Source: Polaromonas sp.
GTDB lineage: Bacteria; Pseudomonadota; Gammaproteobacteria; Burkholderiales; Burkholderiaceae_C
Assembly (NCBI GenBank): GCA_043777795.1
Contig: JAYWHJ010000090.1
Location: 2,687-66,686, forward strand
DNA length: 64,000 nt
Direction: 5' to 3'
The position numbers and the translations under genes were made by a program. Of the stretch, positions 29,474 through 40,136 are shown piece by piece. Positions within the stretch are counted from its first letter, which is position 1, and the number at the start of each line of letters is the position of its first letter. Below the pieces are notes generated by a model. It was not told where the DNA came from and ran no database searches. It saw only the letters and a program-made list of their open reading frames with translations.

Positions 29474-30157
29474 ATGTCACGCCCCACATTTCGCATCGCC
29501 CCTTCCATCCTTGCGGCAGACTTTGCCCGTTTGGGTGACGAGGTCAAAGACGTCATTGCCGCCGGCGCGGACTGGATTCATTTTGACGTCATGGATAACC
29601 ACTACGTGCCCAACCTCACCTTCGGCCCGATGATCTGCCAGGCTATCAAGCCGCATGCAAAAACCGCCGATGGCACGGCAGTGACGATGGACGTGCACCT
29701 GATGGTGCAGCCAGTGGACGCACTGGCCGAAGCCTTTGCCAAGGCCGGTGCCGACATCATCAGCTTTCACCCCGATGCCAGCGGCCATGTGCACCGCAGC
29801 ATTCAGGCCATTCGCGGTGCCGGCTGCCAGCCAGGCCTGGTGTTTAACCCCGCCGAGCCGCTGGACGTGCTGGACTGGGTGATCGACGATATCGACCTGA
29901 TCATGGTGATGAGTGTGAACCCCGGCTTTGGCGGGCAGTCCTTTATCGATAGCGCTTTGCGCAAAATTGAAGCGATCCGCAAACGCATTGATGCCAGTGG
30001 CAAAGATATTCGCCTGGAGGTAGACGGCGGCATCAAGGCTGACAATATCCGCCGCGTGGCCGACGCCGGAGCCGACACCTTTGTGGCCGGCAGCGCGATC
30101 TTTGGCAAGCCGGACTACAAGGCCGTGGTGGACAGCATGCGCGCGGCTTTGCGTTAA
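29474..30157 (+). CDS. rpe: Ribulose-phosphate 3-epimerase
   Basis: [17 protein letters not shown]...[16 protein letters not shown]...[12 protein letters not shown]. Confidence 0.92.
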   Translation: MSRPTFRIAPSILAADFARLGDEVKDVIAAGADWIHFDVMDNHYVPNLTFGPMICQAIKPHAKTADGTAVTMDVHLMVQPVDALAEAFAKAGADIISFHPDASGHVHRSIQAIRGAGCQPGLVFNPAEPLDVLDWVIDDIDLIMVMSVNPGFGGQSFIDSALRKIEAIRKRIDASGKDIRLEVDGGIKADNIRRVADAGADTFVAGSAIFGKPDYKAVVDSMRAALR

Positions 30158-30223
30158 TTTTTGTTTGAATGTCTGTGCGCTGCGATGTGACAGCGCCTCG
30201 CGGTGCCAGAGCTACCTGCGGCG

Positions 30224-31012
30224 CTACTGCCCAAACGCGCCGTGCCGCCCAGCCCCGGCGCTAAAGTGCGCGGCGCCGGCAGTGCCCTCGCTGCTGTGCA
30301 AAGTGGCCAAACCCTTGGCAAACTCTTGCGCCATCGCGCCGTCGTGCTCCAGACCCCATTGCGCCATGGCGCTGGCACGGTCTGAGCGCAGGCAGGTTTG
30401 CGGGAAAGCGGCTATCTCACGGGCCAGTGCCTGCGCAGCCGCCAGCGCTTGGCCCGTTGGCACCACCCGGTTGGTCAGGCCAATGGCCAGCGCCTCGGGC
30501 GCGGCCACCGCCCGGCCCGTCAAGATCAAATCCATCGCCTGCGCATGGCCGATCAGGCGCGGCAGGCGCACGGTGCCGCCGTCGACCAAAGGCACGCCCC
30601 AGCGGCGGCAAAACACCCCAAACTGCGCATCCTCCTCCATCACCCGCATGTCGCACCACAGCGCCAGCTCCATCCCGCCCGCTACCGCGTAGCCCGACAC
30701 GGCGGCGATGACGGGTTTGCTTAAGTGCAAACGGGTAGGCCCCATTGGCCCCACGGCCTGCATGTTGGTGTGCAGGGGGTTGGCGCGCGACGCGGGGCCT
30801 ATGCCGTCGGCCAAGGCTTTCAAGTCTGCGCCAGCGCAAAACGTGCCGCCGCTGCCAGCCAGCACCGCCACGTCGGCATGCGGATCGGCATCAAACGCCA
30901 CAAAGGCGCTGTACAGCGCGGTGGCCGTCGGGCCATCTACCGCGTTGCGCGCATGGGGGCGGTCGATCACCACGGTGGTGACGCGGTCTTGGGTGTGGAT
31001 GTGAATGCTCAT
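30224..31012 (-). CDS. Enoyl-CoA hydratase/isomerase (crotonase) family protein
   Basis: VVIDRPHARNAV...FCAGADLK...AAVSGYAVAGGMELALWCD. Start at ATG 31012 (ORF open to 31039). Confidence 0.8.
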   Translation of the reverse strand: MSIHIHTQDRVTTVVIDRPHARNAVDGPTATALYSAFVAFDADPHADVAVLAGSGGTFCAGADLKALADGIGPASRANPLHTNMQAVGPMGPTRLHLSKPVIAAVSGYAVAGGMELALWCDMRVMEEDAQFGVFCRRWGVPLVDGGTVRLPRLIGHAQAMDLILTGRAVAAPEALAIGLTNRVVPTGQALAAAQALAREIAAFPQTCLRSDRASAMAQWGLEHDGAMAQEFAKGLATLHSSEGTAGAAHFSAGAGRHGAFGQ

Positions 31013-31079
31013 GCTGGCTACCTGGGAGTGGGTGAGCATTTATCATACGCATTTCACCCACGCTGCACACCGCCTCTGT

Positions 31080-31775
31080 ATGACACACAAATTTCACGCC
31101 GCCATGGTCGATCTGGACGGCACCATGATCGACACCCTGGGCGATTTTGAGGTGGCACTTAATTTGATGCTGGCCGATTTTGGCCACGCTGCGGTGGACA
31201 GAGGCTTTATTGAACGCACGGTAGGCAAAGGCAGCGAGCATTTGATACAAAGCACCTTGAATTTTGTATCCAAACGGCCTCTAGCTCATAAAAATACCGC
31301 GGGAGCAGCTATTCATAACATAGTATTTGACGATGCATTCACCAGCTACCAAAAGCATTATCTGGCCGTTAACGGTCAAGCCAGCCAAGTGTATGCCGGC
31401 GTGGTACAGGGCTTGCAGCTCTTGCAAAGCGCGGGCCTTAAGCTGGCCTGCTTGACCAACAAACCCACCGCCTTTGCGCTGCCCCTGCTCAAAGCCAAAG
31501 GGCTGGACGGCTACTTCGGCCATGTGTTTGGCGGCGATGCATTTGCGCTAAAAAAACCTGACCCAATGCCCTTGCTCAAAACCTGCGAAGCACTGGGCAC
31601 ACTGCCCTCGCGCACGCTGATGGTGGGCGACAGCCACAACGATGCGCAGGCCGCGCATGCGGCCGGCTGCCCGGTAGTACTAGTGACTTACGGCTACAAC
31701 CATGGGCAGCCCATCCGCAGTGTGCCAGCGCACGGTTATGTGGACAGTTTGGCCGACCTAGCCCGCATGCTTTAA
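31080..31775 (+). CDS. gph: Phosphoglycolate phosphatase (HAD)
   Basis: AAMVDLDGTMIDT...LTNKP...MVGDSHNDAQAA; conserved position between rpe and trpE. Confidence 0.8.
   Translation: MTHKFHAAMVDLDGTMIDTLGDFEVALNLMLADFGHAAVDRGFIERTVGKGSEHLIQSTLNFVSKRPLAHKNTAGAAIHNIVFDDAFTSYQKHYLAVNGQASQVYAGVVQGLQLLQSAGLKLACLTNKPTAFALPLLKAKGLDGYFGHVFGGDAFALKKPDPMPLLKTCEALGTLPSRTLMVGDSHNDAQAAHAAGCPVVLVTYGYNHGQPIRSVPAHGYVDSLADLARML
31276..31324 (+). repeat. Family-A repeat copy inside gph
   Basis: GGCCTCTAGCTCATAAAAATACCGCGGGAGCAGCTATTCATAACATAGT; read as PLAHKNTAGAAIHNIV. Confidence 0.65.
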
Positions 31776-32356
31776 GACTTGCCCAGCATCGCGTCCTTGA
31801 GCTTCCAGTCAGCCGGATTGGCTCCCAGCCAAATGCGCGCCAAGGCGTTGAAAAAATCAGCTTCTTTAAAAGGCTCTCCATAAGGTTTGCCTTTGATGGT
31901 GATGACCGTGCCCGTGCCTGCAATCAAATCGATGGTGAATACATCGCCAGTTTTCAGGTTTTTGACATCGCTGAACAATTGGCCCATTCTCACAATAGCG
32001 GGGATCAGCTTGGAGAACTCGGATCTGGGCATATTGTCTTCAATGCCGCGAGAAAATAGCTTGCCCAGCTCATTGGCATCGATGTCGCGCAGCATCGTGA
32101 TAGAGATACGCTTGTTGCCTGGCGCGCTCAGCACCTCTTCGGGGGTGCCCGCTTTTTTACCCAGGTACAAGCCTGCGGCATAGACCTTAAAGACCGCTTT
32201 GTAGCGGGTACCTGCTCCATTGAGCACCAACTTGCTGCCACTCAGGTCAATGGCTTCGTCAAACTTGACGCCGTTGACCTCAGCCGCGTTGGCTGCCGAT
32301 GCGAGCAGCATCGCCGTGCCAAAGACGATGGTCATAATTTTTGCATGAATGGACAT
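31772..32356 (-). CDS. Chalcone-isomerase-like periplasmic protein
   Basis: Signal peptide, then LVLNGAGTRYKAVFKVYAAGLYL. Confidence 0.6.
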   Translation of the reverse strand: MSIHAKIMTIVFGTAMLLASAANAAEVNGVKFDEAIDLSGSKLVLNGAGTRYKAVFKVYAAGLYLGKKAGTPEEVLSAPGNKRISITMLRDIDANELGKLFSRGIEDNMPRSEFSKLIPAIVRMGQLFSDVKNLKTGDVFTIDLIAGTGTVITIKGKPYGEPFKEADFFNALARIWLGANPADWKLKDAMLGKS

Positions 32357-32545
32357 ACGATGGTCTCCGTAAAAATAATGGAAATGACGCTCACCAAGCC
32401 CACTGCGGCTGGGCCTGCAAGCAAGTTGCTAATTGTGTGAACCCATACAACACAGCACAACAGGGTTAACGCGAAATTGCAGACCGAAACACTCCAAGCC
32501 ATGACGCTTAGAGGAGACTTACTAATTTTTTGCTACACTTGGCCC

Positions 32546-32647
32546 ATGTTTTCAGTTTGCTTCACCGCTTTTTCAGCGCACAGTGCCACATGCCGCACTG
32601 GTCTCGTCCGGGGCCAGGGAGCTTGGCTGTGGCGTAAGCCAGCCTGA
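32546..32647 (+). promoter_or_regulatory. Candidate trp leader peptide (33 codons, ...GAWLWRKPA)
   Basis: Small ORF about 120 nt upstream of trpE with two Trp codons separated by one codon near its end. No clear SD and no clean U-tract terminator. Confidence 0.2.
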
Positions 32648-32766
32648 TCGATCCCCCTGCGGCCCTGCCGCACTTTGCTGTTGCGCTTTGATAGCCAGCC
32701 AACACGCCAACACCCCCCAATGAACACCGTGGCCCACGGGCCACCAGCGAGCCAAAGGACGCACCC

Positions 32767-34265
<1,499 letters not shown>

Positions 34266-34269
<4 letters not shown>

Positions 34270-34736
34270 ATACGAATACCAAAGCTGGGGATTTTTTGAA
34301 CGCAGAGGGCGTGAAGGTTGCGCAAAGTGCGCTGAAGGAATACCAAAAAGACAGTGAAGATTTTGAGAATGATTTTTCGCATGAAATTATTGGCGCGGCC
34401 GTAGAAGTTCAGCGAGTGTTAGGTGCAGGACTGCTGCAAAGTGCTTATGCTGCGGCCTTTGCAGTGGAGTTGAACGAGCGTGAGCTGGCGTTCGAGCGCG
34501 AAGTGCCTGTAGAGGCTTGGTACAAAGATAAACCATTGGGCGTCGCCTATCGCGCAGACTTCATCGTTGAAGGCAAAGTGATTGTTGAACTCAAAGCACT
34601 GGAAGCAGTAACAGAGTTGCACCGCGCCCAGCTGCTTTCGTACCTCAGGGTATCGGGTTTGAAACTGGGCTTACTCATTAACTTCCATACCTTCCCAGTA
34701 GTCAAAGGCATCCACCGATTGGTCAATAAGCTATGA
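34266..34736 (+). CDS. GxxExxY family protein (PD-(D/E)XK nuclease-like fold)
   Basis: EIIGAAVEVQRVLGAGLLQSAYAAAFAVEL...DFIVEGKVIVELKA...HRAQLLSYLRVSGLKLGLLINF. The ATG overlaps the trpE stop. The first 30 or so residues are encoded by the left inverted repeat. Confidence 0.75.
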
Positions 34737-34824
34737 AAACTACAAATCCAAACTTTGGCTGTTTTTTGTCTTCTTCTGCGCGCTTTGCGAAACCCTCGCG
34801 CCCTCTGCATTCAAAAAATCCCCG
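34287..34824 (+). mobile_element. Inverted-repeat-bounded cassette carrying the GxxExxY ORF
   Basis: 34287-34337 (GGGGATTTTTTGAACGCAGAGGGCGTGAAGGTTGCGCAAAGTGCGCTGAAG) matches the reverse complement of 34774-34824 at 45/51 positions (manual count). Weaker complementarity continues about 30 bp inward. Confidence 0.6.
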
Positions 34825-34842
34825 TATTAAGGTCTGAGCATC

Positions 34843-35430
34843 ATGAAACTCTTAATGATCGACAACTACGACAGCTTCACCTTCAATATCGTCCAGTACT
34901 TTGGCGAGCTGGGTGCCGATGTCACTACCTTGCGTAACGACGAAGTGAGCGTTGAAGAACTAGACCAGCAATTCAAAGCAGGTAAGTTTGAAAGACTTTG
35001 CATCTCCCCCGGCCCGTGTTCGCCAAATGAAGCTGGCATCTCTGTCGCCGCCATCAAGCATTTTGCGGGCAAGCTACCCATCTTGGGCGTATGCCTGGGA
35101 CACCAGGCTATTGGCGCAGCGTTTGGCGGGCGGATTGTCCGCGCGCAAGAGCTCATGCACGGCAAGACCAGCGTGATTACCACCACGCAAGAAGGCGTCT
35201 TCAAAGACCTGCCTGTGCAGTTTACGGTTAACCGCTACCACTCATTGGCGATTGAGCCTGGTAGCTGCCCTAAAGAGCTTTCAGTGACTGCCAAGACCGA
35301 CGACGGAGAAATCATGGGTGTGCGGCACATGGGCTTTGCGCATGCGGTGCGCATTGAGGGAGTGCAGTTTCATCCGGAAAGCATCTTGACAGAGCATGGT
35401 CACGCGATGCTTGGGAATTTTTTGAGTTAA
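34843..35430 (+). CDS. trpG: Anthranilate synthase component II (glutamine amidotransferase)
   Basis: [16 protein letters not shown]...GVCLGHQAI...GVQFHPES. Confidence 0.92.
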   Translation: MKLLMIDNYDSFTFNIVQYFGELGADVTTLRNDEVSVEELDQQFKAGKFERLCISPGPCSPNEAGISVAAIKHFAGKLPILGVCLGHQAIGAAFGGRIVRAQELMHGKTSVITTTQEGVFKDLPVQFTVNRYHSLAIEPGSCPKELSVTAKTDDGEIMGVRHMGFAHAVRIEGVQFHPESILTEHGHAMLGNFLS

Positions 35431-35441
35431 GGTTTTAGGGA

Positions 35442-35663
35442 GGGGACGTTTTGAACGCACAGGGCGCGAAGGTTACGCGAAGGGCGCAAACGGAATACCA
35501 AAAAGAAAAAAAGAAAAAATGAAAAAATGAAAAGTATGAGAACAACAGTTTTCATAGTGTCGAATGCGCAGGCCTGCAAAGGCATTCAATTTTCTTGTTT
35601 TCATTTGTATTTTTGTTTTGGCTTTTTTCTGTCGTCTTCTGCGCTCTATGCGTTCAAAAAAAT
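35442..35663. mobile_element. Gene-less (MITE-like) derivative of the GxxExxY cassette ends
   Basis: The left end 35442-35505 closely matches 34287-34350. The right end 35620-35663 is a shortened inverted copy. The A/T-rich interior is itself an imperfect palindrome with a central GAATGC...GCATTC stem. Confidence 0.55.
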
Positions 35664-35693
35664 GGTATCTAATAACCTACGAACACTACAAAA

Positions 35694-36359
35694 ATGGACC
35701 TAGGCATTCAAAACATCTGGCTATTCATCCTCGCCGGCTGGGCACTGAACCTTACCCCCGGCCCGGATGTGTTTTACATGGTTACGCATTCGCTCAAGAG
35801 TGGTTGGCGTGCGGGCGCCGTGGCAGCAGCGGGCATCACCGCCGGTTGCTTTGTGCATGTGGCTGCGGCTACGCTAGGTCTGAGCGCGGTGATCACCGCT
35901 TCTGCCACGGCATTTGCCGTGCTCAAGTGGGTGGGGGCCGCGTATTTGGTGTATGTCGGCTGGCAAATGCTCAACTCCAAAGCCAATCCACGCGCTATGG
36001 ATAGCGTAGCTGCTCCCGCAGTTTTTAAATGCGCCAGTGGCCAAATAGACTATATAAAAGTCTTCAAGCAAGGTTTTCTGACCAATGTGCTCAACCCCAA
36101 AGTAGCTTTGTTCTTCTTGGCCTTTCTGCCGCAGTTCATCAGTCCTGCCGCAGCACAGCCGTGGCTGGCTTTTTTAACGCTGGGGGTACTGTTCAACGTG
36201 AACGCTATCCCGGTGAATTTGGGCTATGTGACCTTTGCTGCATGGGCGGGCCAGCGCCTCAACGTGGTGCAGCGCAGCCTGCATTGGCTTGAACGTGCGG
36301 CAGGCGCTTTGTTCATTGGTTTTGGGGTTAAATTAGCGCTCAGCGAAACCTCACTCTGA
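35694..36359 (+). CDS. LysE/RhtB family amino-acid exporter
   Basis: FILAGWALNLTPGPDVFYMV...FLTNVLNPKVALFFLAFLPQF. Confidence 0.8.
   Translation: MDLGIQNIWLFILAGWALNLTPGPDVFYMVTHSLKSGWRAGAVAAAGITAGCFVHVAAATLGLSAVITASATAFAVLKWVGAAYLVYVGWQMLNSKANPRAMDSVAAPAVFKCASGQIDYIKVFKQGFLTNVLNPKVALFFLAFLPQFISPAAAQPWLAFLTLGVLFNVNAIPVNLGYVTFAAWAGQRLNVVQRSLHWLERAAGALFIGFGVKLALSETSL
35994..36042 (-). repeat. Family-A repeat copy inside the LysE-family gene
   Basis: GCTATGGATAGCGTAGCTGCTCCCGCAGTTTTTAAATGCGCCAGTGGCC. Confidence 0.6.
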
Positions 36360-36375
36360 AGCCAGAAAGTACACC

Positions 36376-37479
36376 ATGCAAATCATTGACCTGCGCAGCG
36401 ACACTGTCACCCAGCCCACGCCCGCCATGCGCGCGGCCATGATGGCTGCCCCGCTGGGCGACGATGTGTTTGGTGACGACCCGACAGTCAATGCGCTGCA
36501 AGACAAAATTGCCTCCATGCTGGGCTTTGAGGCGGCGCTGTTTGTGCCTACGGGTACGCAGAGCAATCTGTGCGGTATTTTGGCGCACTGCCAGCGAGGG
36601 GACGAATACATTGTGGGCCAGATGGCGCACACCTACCGCTGGGAGGGCGGCGGCGCTGCGGTGCTGGGCAGCGTGCAGCCCCAGCCGCTGGCCCATGCAG
36701 CCGACGGCTCGCTGCCGCTGGCGGATATTGAGGCCGCTATCAAACCCGATGACGCGCACTTTGCCAAGTCGCGCTTGCTGGCGCTGGAGAACACCATTGG
36801 CGGCAAGCTGCTGCCATTTGAGTATGTGCAGGCGGCGACGCAGTTGGCCAAAAGCAAAGGTCTGGCTACGCATTTGGATGGCGCCCGGCTGTTCAATGCT
36901 GCGGTGGCTCAGGCGGCGTTAGTGCATCCCGTTCACTCCGACCCCTTCGACCCAGCTCAGGAAATGCCAAGCTCAGTCCGAACGGATTTGGCTCTCGCAC
37001 AGGCCCGCCGCATCGCCCAATGCTTCGACTCGGTCAGCGTCTGCTTCAGCAAGGGCTTGGGTGCGCCCGTGGGCTCGGCGCTGTGCGGCAGCAAAGCCTT
37101 CATTGCCAAAGCCCACCGCATCCGCAAAATGACGGGCGGTGGCATGCGGCAAGCGGGTTTTTTGGCGGCGGCGGCGCTGTATGCGCTAGACCACCATGTA
37201 GCACGCTTGGCGGACGACCATGCCTTGGCCAAGCGCTTGGGCGCAGCATTTGAAAAGATCGAAGGTGCCACGGTAGACCCGGTGCACAGCAACATCGTGT
37301 TTGTTGATTTGAACGGCCCCGCCAAAGCCAAAGCCGCAGGCTTGCTGGAGCACCTCAAGCAGCACGGCATCCTGGCCACCGGCCTGTACCGCCTGCGCTT
37401 TGTCACGCATTTGGATGTGCAAGCTGCGGGCGTGGAACGCGCGGTGGATGTTATCCACCGCTACTTTGCTACAGCTTAA
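36376..37479 (+). CDS. ltaE: Low-specificity L-threonine aldolase
   Basis: IDLRSDTVTQPTPAMR...GDDVFGDDPTVN...DSVSVCFSKGLGAPVGS. Confidence 0.85.
   Translation: MQIIDLRSDTVTQPTPAMRAAMMAAPLGDDVFGDDPTVNALQDKIASMLGFEAALFVPTGTQSNLCGILAHCQRGDEYIVGQMAHTYRWEGGGAAVLGSVQPQPLAHAADGSLPLADIEAAIKPDDAHFAKSRLLALENTIGGKLLPFEYVQAATQLAKSKGLATHLDGARLFNAAVAQAALVHPVHSDPFDPAQEMPSSVRTDLALAQARRIAQCFDSVSVCFSKGLGAPVGSALCGSKAFIAKAHRIRKMTGGGMRQAGFLAAAALYALDHHVARLADDHALAKRLGAAFEKIEGATVDPVHSNIVFVDLNGPAKAKAAGLLEHLKQHGILATGLYRLRFVTHLDVQAAGVERAVDVIHRYFATA
36929..36985. repeat. 57-nt in-frame repeat-like insert inside ltaE (CCGTTC...GAACGG ends)
   Basis: CCGTTCACTCCGACCCCTTCGACCCAGCTCAGGAAATGCCAAGCTCAGTCCGAACGG. It has an internal direct repeat CCNAGCTCAG x2 and encodes PVHSDPFDPAQEMPSSVRT just before the conserved DSVSVCFSKGLG block. 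Confidence 0.4.
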
Positions 37480-37513
37480 AGTCGCTGCCTAAGCGGTCAG
37501 GTCAGCGACCGGG

Positions 37514-38728
37514 TTAGCGGCCCAGTTCTTTGAGATAGGCGGTGCGAGCAGCCACGGCAGTATCTGTAAAGTCGGAGAACAAACCGTCGATACCGGCGCG
37601 GTAAAACTGCAGGTACTCGTTCTTCGGGTCGCCTGCGTAGTTCGCCGCTAGCCGCCCGTTCTCATTGCGCATGGTCCAGGTGTGCACTTGCAAACCAATC
37701 TTGTGTGCATCGGCAATCAGACTGCTGGCAGCTTGGGCGCTGGCGTCCGCATAGTTGACCACACCGTCCTTGTTGACATCTTGCATTTTTCCTGCGGCAT
37801 CGAACACGCCTTTGACGGGCACGATAAACGGCTTCCAGGGTGCGACGCCATCGGCGTAGGTTTTGATTTCGGCCAAACCTGCGGGGGTCACCATCGAGCC
37901 GAACAGCTCGGTTTTGCCAGCGCGGGTCCAGTCATAGGGGCGGTCAAATGGGGCGGCGAAGGTCACTGCGCCGGTTTTGAAGTCGTAGTCATCGCCATCG
38001 ACCAGCTGGAAGATGCGCACATTGGTTTTGGTACGCAGGTATTTGAGGTTGGACACTTCAAACGACTGGATGATGACGGGCGAGGTTTTTTGGGTGTAGC
38101 CGTACTCTGCAAGAATAGCCAGCAAGCGGTCTTCCAGCTTGAGGTTGGCGTCCACATGGTAGGTGGGGTGCTTGGTCTCCGGGTACACACCAACCACACG
38201 GCCTACTTTGGCACCTTCGGTCTTGGCGACGTCCAGTACTTCACGCAAGGTGGGAATACGGTATTTGCCGTTGAACGATTGGTCGCGGCTGGCAGTGGCT
38301 TGTTTGGCATAGAGGGTTTTGATTTGCGCCAAGGTAAAGTCGGTGGCAAACCAACCGGTCTCGGCTACGCCGTCTACCATGCGGGTGGTTTTAAGGCCAG
38401 CAAACTCGGGGCGGCTTTCTACATCGGTAGTGGACGTAATATTAGGTTCGTGCCGCGCAATCAGCTCGCCATCTTTGGTGGTCACCAAATCGGGTTCAAT
38501 AAAATCAGCGCCCATCTGGATCGCCATTTTGTAGCCCTCAATCGTGTGCTCAGGCAAATACCCTGCGACCCCTCGATGGCCTGCGACCAAGGGCTGTGCG
38601 CCATTGAGGGTGGAGAATGGCTGTTGGCTATCGCCGCCACACGCCGCCAACAAGGCAGCTGTGCTGATGCATGCGAGCGCCAGCGTCACGCGCCGCGTAG
38701 CGAAATGAATGTGTCCAGAGTGTTTCAT
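37514..38728 (-). CDS. Glycerophosphodiester phosphodiesterase (lipoprotein)
   Basis: Lipobox LLAACGG; VAGHRGVAGYLPEHT...GADFIEPDLV GDPD motifs. Confidence 0.8.
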   Translation of the reverse strand: MKHSGHIHFATRRVTLALACISTAALLAACGGDSQQPFSTLNGAQPLVAGHRGVAGYLPEHTIEGYKMAIQMGADFIEPDLVTTKDGELIARHEPNITSTTDVESRPEFAGLKTTRMVDGVAETGWFATDFTLAQIKTLYAKQATASRDQSFNGKYRIPTLREVLDVAKTEGAKVGRVVGVYPETKHPTYHVDANLKLEDRLLAILAEYGYTQKTSPVIIQSFEVSNLKYLRTKTNVRIFQLVDGDDYDFKTGAVTFAAPFDRPYDWTRAGKTELFGSMVTPAGLAEIKTYADGVAPWKPFIVPVKGVFDAAGKMQDVNKDGVVNYADASAQAASSLIADAHKIGLQVHTWTMRNENGRLAANYAGDPKNEYLQFYRAGIDGLFSDFTDTAVAARTAYLKELGR

Positions 38729-38844
38729 AAAAAGATACCAAAGTTAAAACAGCCTCAGCATAGTTACACCGTATGACATTTGTATGTCAGACGCTAGGTT
38801 TGCAGGCCATTCAGGTTGTTGCAACCAATACAAATGGTAGTAAA

Positions 38845-39843
38845 TTAGGCAATATTTTTGCGCTTATCCCGCTCATGGCGAAACTTTGACAACGCTGCAT
38901 ACACCGCCACCCGCGCCCGGTTAATGCCGCCCAGCGGCGCGTGCTCGGGCAGGGCGTGGCCAGGCGAGAACGACAACACCTCGGCTAACTCGTCACGCTC
39001 TTTGCTACCTGCAAACTGCTGTTTGTCAAAGCGCAAAGAAGCTACCTTGATAAATGGCGACTCTGCCTCGCTCCACTCTTTGCCTGCGTTTTCTATGGGC
39101 ATGTTGCCTTTGCGCATTTGCACGCAAAAGTCAAAGCTGGCGGGGTGGCCAGTCAGGTGCGCTTGCATGGCATCGCTCAGATAGTTCTCGCCCATCTGTG
39201 CAGGGGCTTGGCTGCGGTGGGCAGATTTTGGTAGGAGCGTGTATTTGACTGTGGCGTTGTCGCCCCATGCGTAGGGCGTGGTGCTCCAGTAACGCAGGTC
39301 GAGCGGCGAGCTGGGCGTGGTACGGCCCGCTTTGAGGGCCTTGAGCGCGGCGCCATGGCCGGTAAGCACCAGCTTGAGTACCAGCAGCAACGGCGAGCGC
39401 TCGATCGAGTAGTACACCGCGTCCCTGAACAGCTTGATGGTGCCCAAGGGCATAGTGGGGTAATTCATCAGCACAAAGTCCTGACCGATGGGCGCCTCGG
39501 CGGGCGCGTCGTTCACTTTGCCGCCCATGGTAGGGGCCATCAGCTTGATGGCGATGCCGCGAAAGTCGGGTACCGCATCAGACTGCGGCGTGCCGCTGGC
39601 GTTAGACACGCGCACCCAACAGGCGTGACTGACGGCTTTGCTGAATACGCCCACTTTGAGTTCTGGCGGCAGGTTGGGCTCGACGCTAAGTTTGCCGCGC
39701 AACAGCCCCAGCGCCTTGGGGTGCGCGTCGCGCCTGGTCGCGCCCTTGGCATAGTCGCGCTCCATTTTGCGGCGCAAAATGTCGGTCATCTCGGCGATCA
39801 GCGCTGCCTCGTTGGCTTCTAGTGTTTCTAGCTGGTGCAGCAT
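38845..39843 (-). CDS. Catalase-related (mini-catalase) haem protein
   Basis: RRDAHPKALGLLRG...VRVSNASGTPQSDAVPDFRGIAIKL. Start 39843 has GAGAGG upstream; the track ORF over-extends to 39972. Confidence 0.6.
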   Translation of the reverse strand: MLHQLETLEANEAALIAEMTDILRRKMERDYAKGATRRDAHPKALGLLRGKLSVEPNLPPELKVGVFSKAVSHACWVRVSNASGTPQSDAVPDFRGIAIKLMAPTMGGKVNDAPAEAPIGQDFVLMNYPTMPLGTIKLFRDAVYYSIERSPLLLVLKLVLTGHGAALKALKAGRTTPSSPLDLRYWSTTPYAWGDNATVKYTLLPKSAHRSQAPAQMGENYLSDAMQAHLTGHPASFDFCVQMRKGNMPIENAGKEWSEAESPFIKVASLRFDKQQFAGSKERDELAEVLSFSPGHALPEHAPLGGINRARVAVYAALSKFRHERDKRKNIA

Positions 39844-39985
39844 ACAGGCCTCTCTGTCAGAGTCTCTATGGTAGCGGGGAGACGGGTTTTCATAAAGCGG
39901 GCTTCGAAGGTCGTTGGGGCTACCCGTTTGGCGTATGCCACAGGCAGGCTGGCGGCAAAACCGCATACCCAAGACGATTCAGCAT

Positions 39986-40034
39986 GCTACATATACAAGA
40001 GCTACTCCCGCATTATTCTATTGCGTTACAGCCC
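39986..40034 (-). repeat. Family-A repeat copy, intergenic
   Basis: GCTACATATACAAGAGCTACTCCCGCATTATTCTATTGCGTTACAGCCC. Confidence 0.7.
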
Positions 40035-40136
40035 TATCGAGGTCTCAAATAGGCCTCCCAAGCCTGTCACAGTGCGGTTTCCGGCCGATTTTCAGTACGC
40101 CTGCGATAGTGCTAGCGCTGGACAGCTCGAATCCGA

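Noticed and set aside
35564-36004. 146-aa ORF starting in the MITE-like element
   Set aside because: It starts in A/T-rich repeat DNA and then overlaps the LysE-family gene out of frame. The LysE frame has clear family motifs.
37481-37509. 7-bp stem GTCGCTG…CAGCGAC between convergent ltaE and glpQ-like genes as a terminator
   Set aside because: It has a 15-nt loop and no flanking T/A runs on either strand, which is too weak to call an intrinsic terminator.
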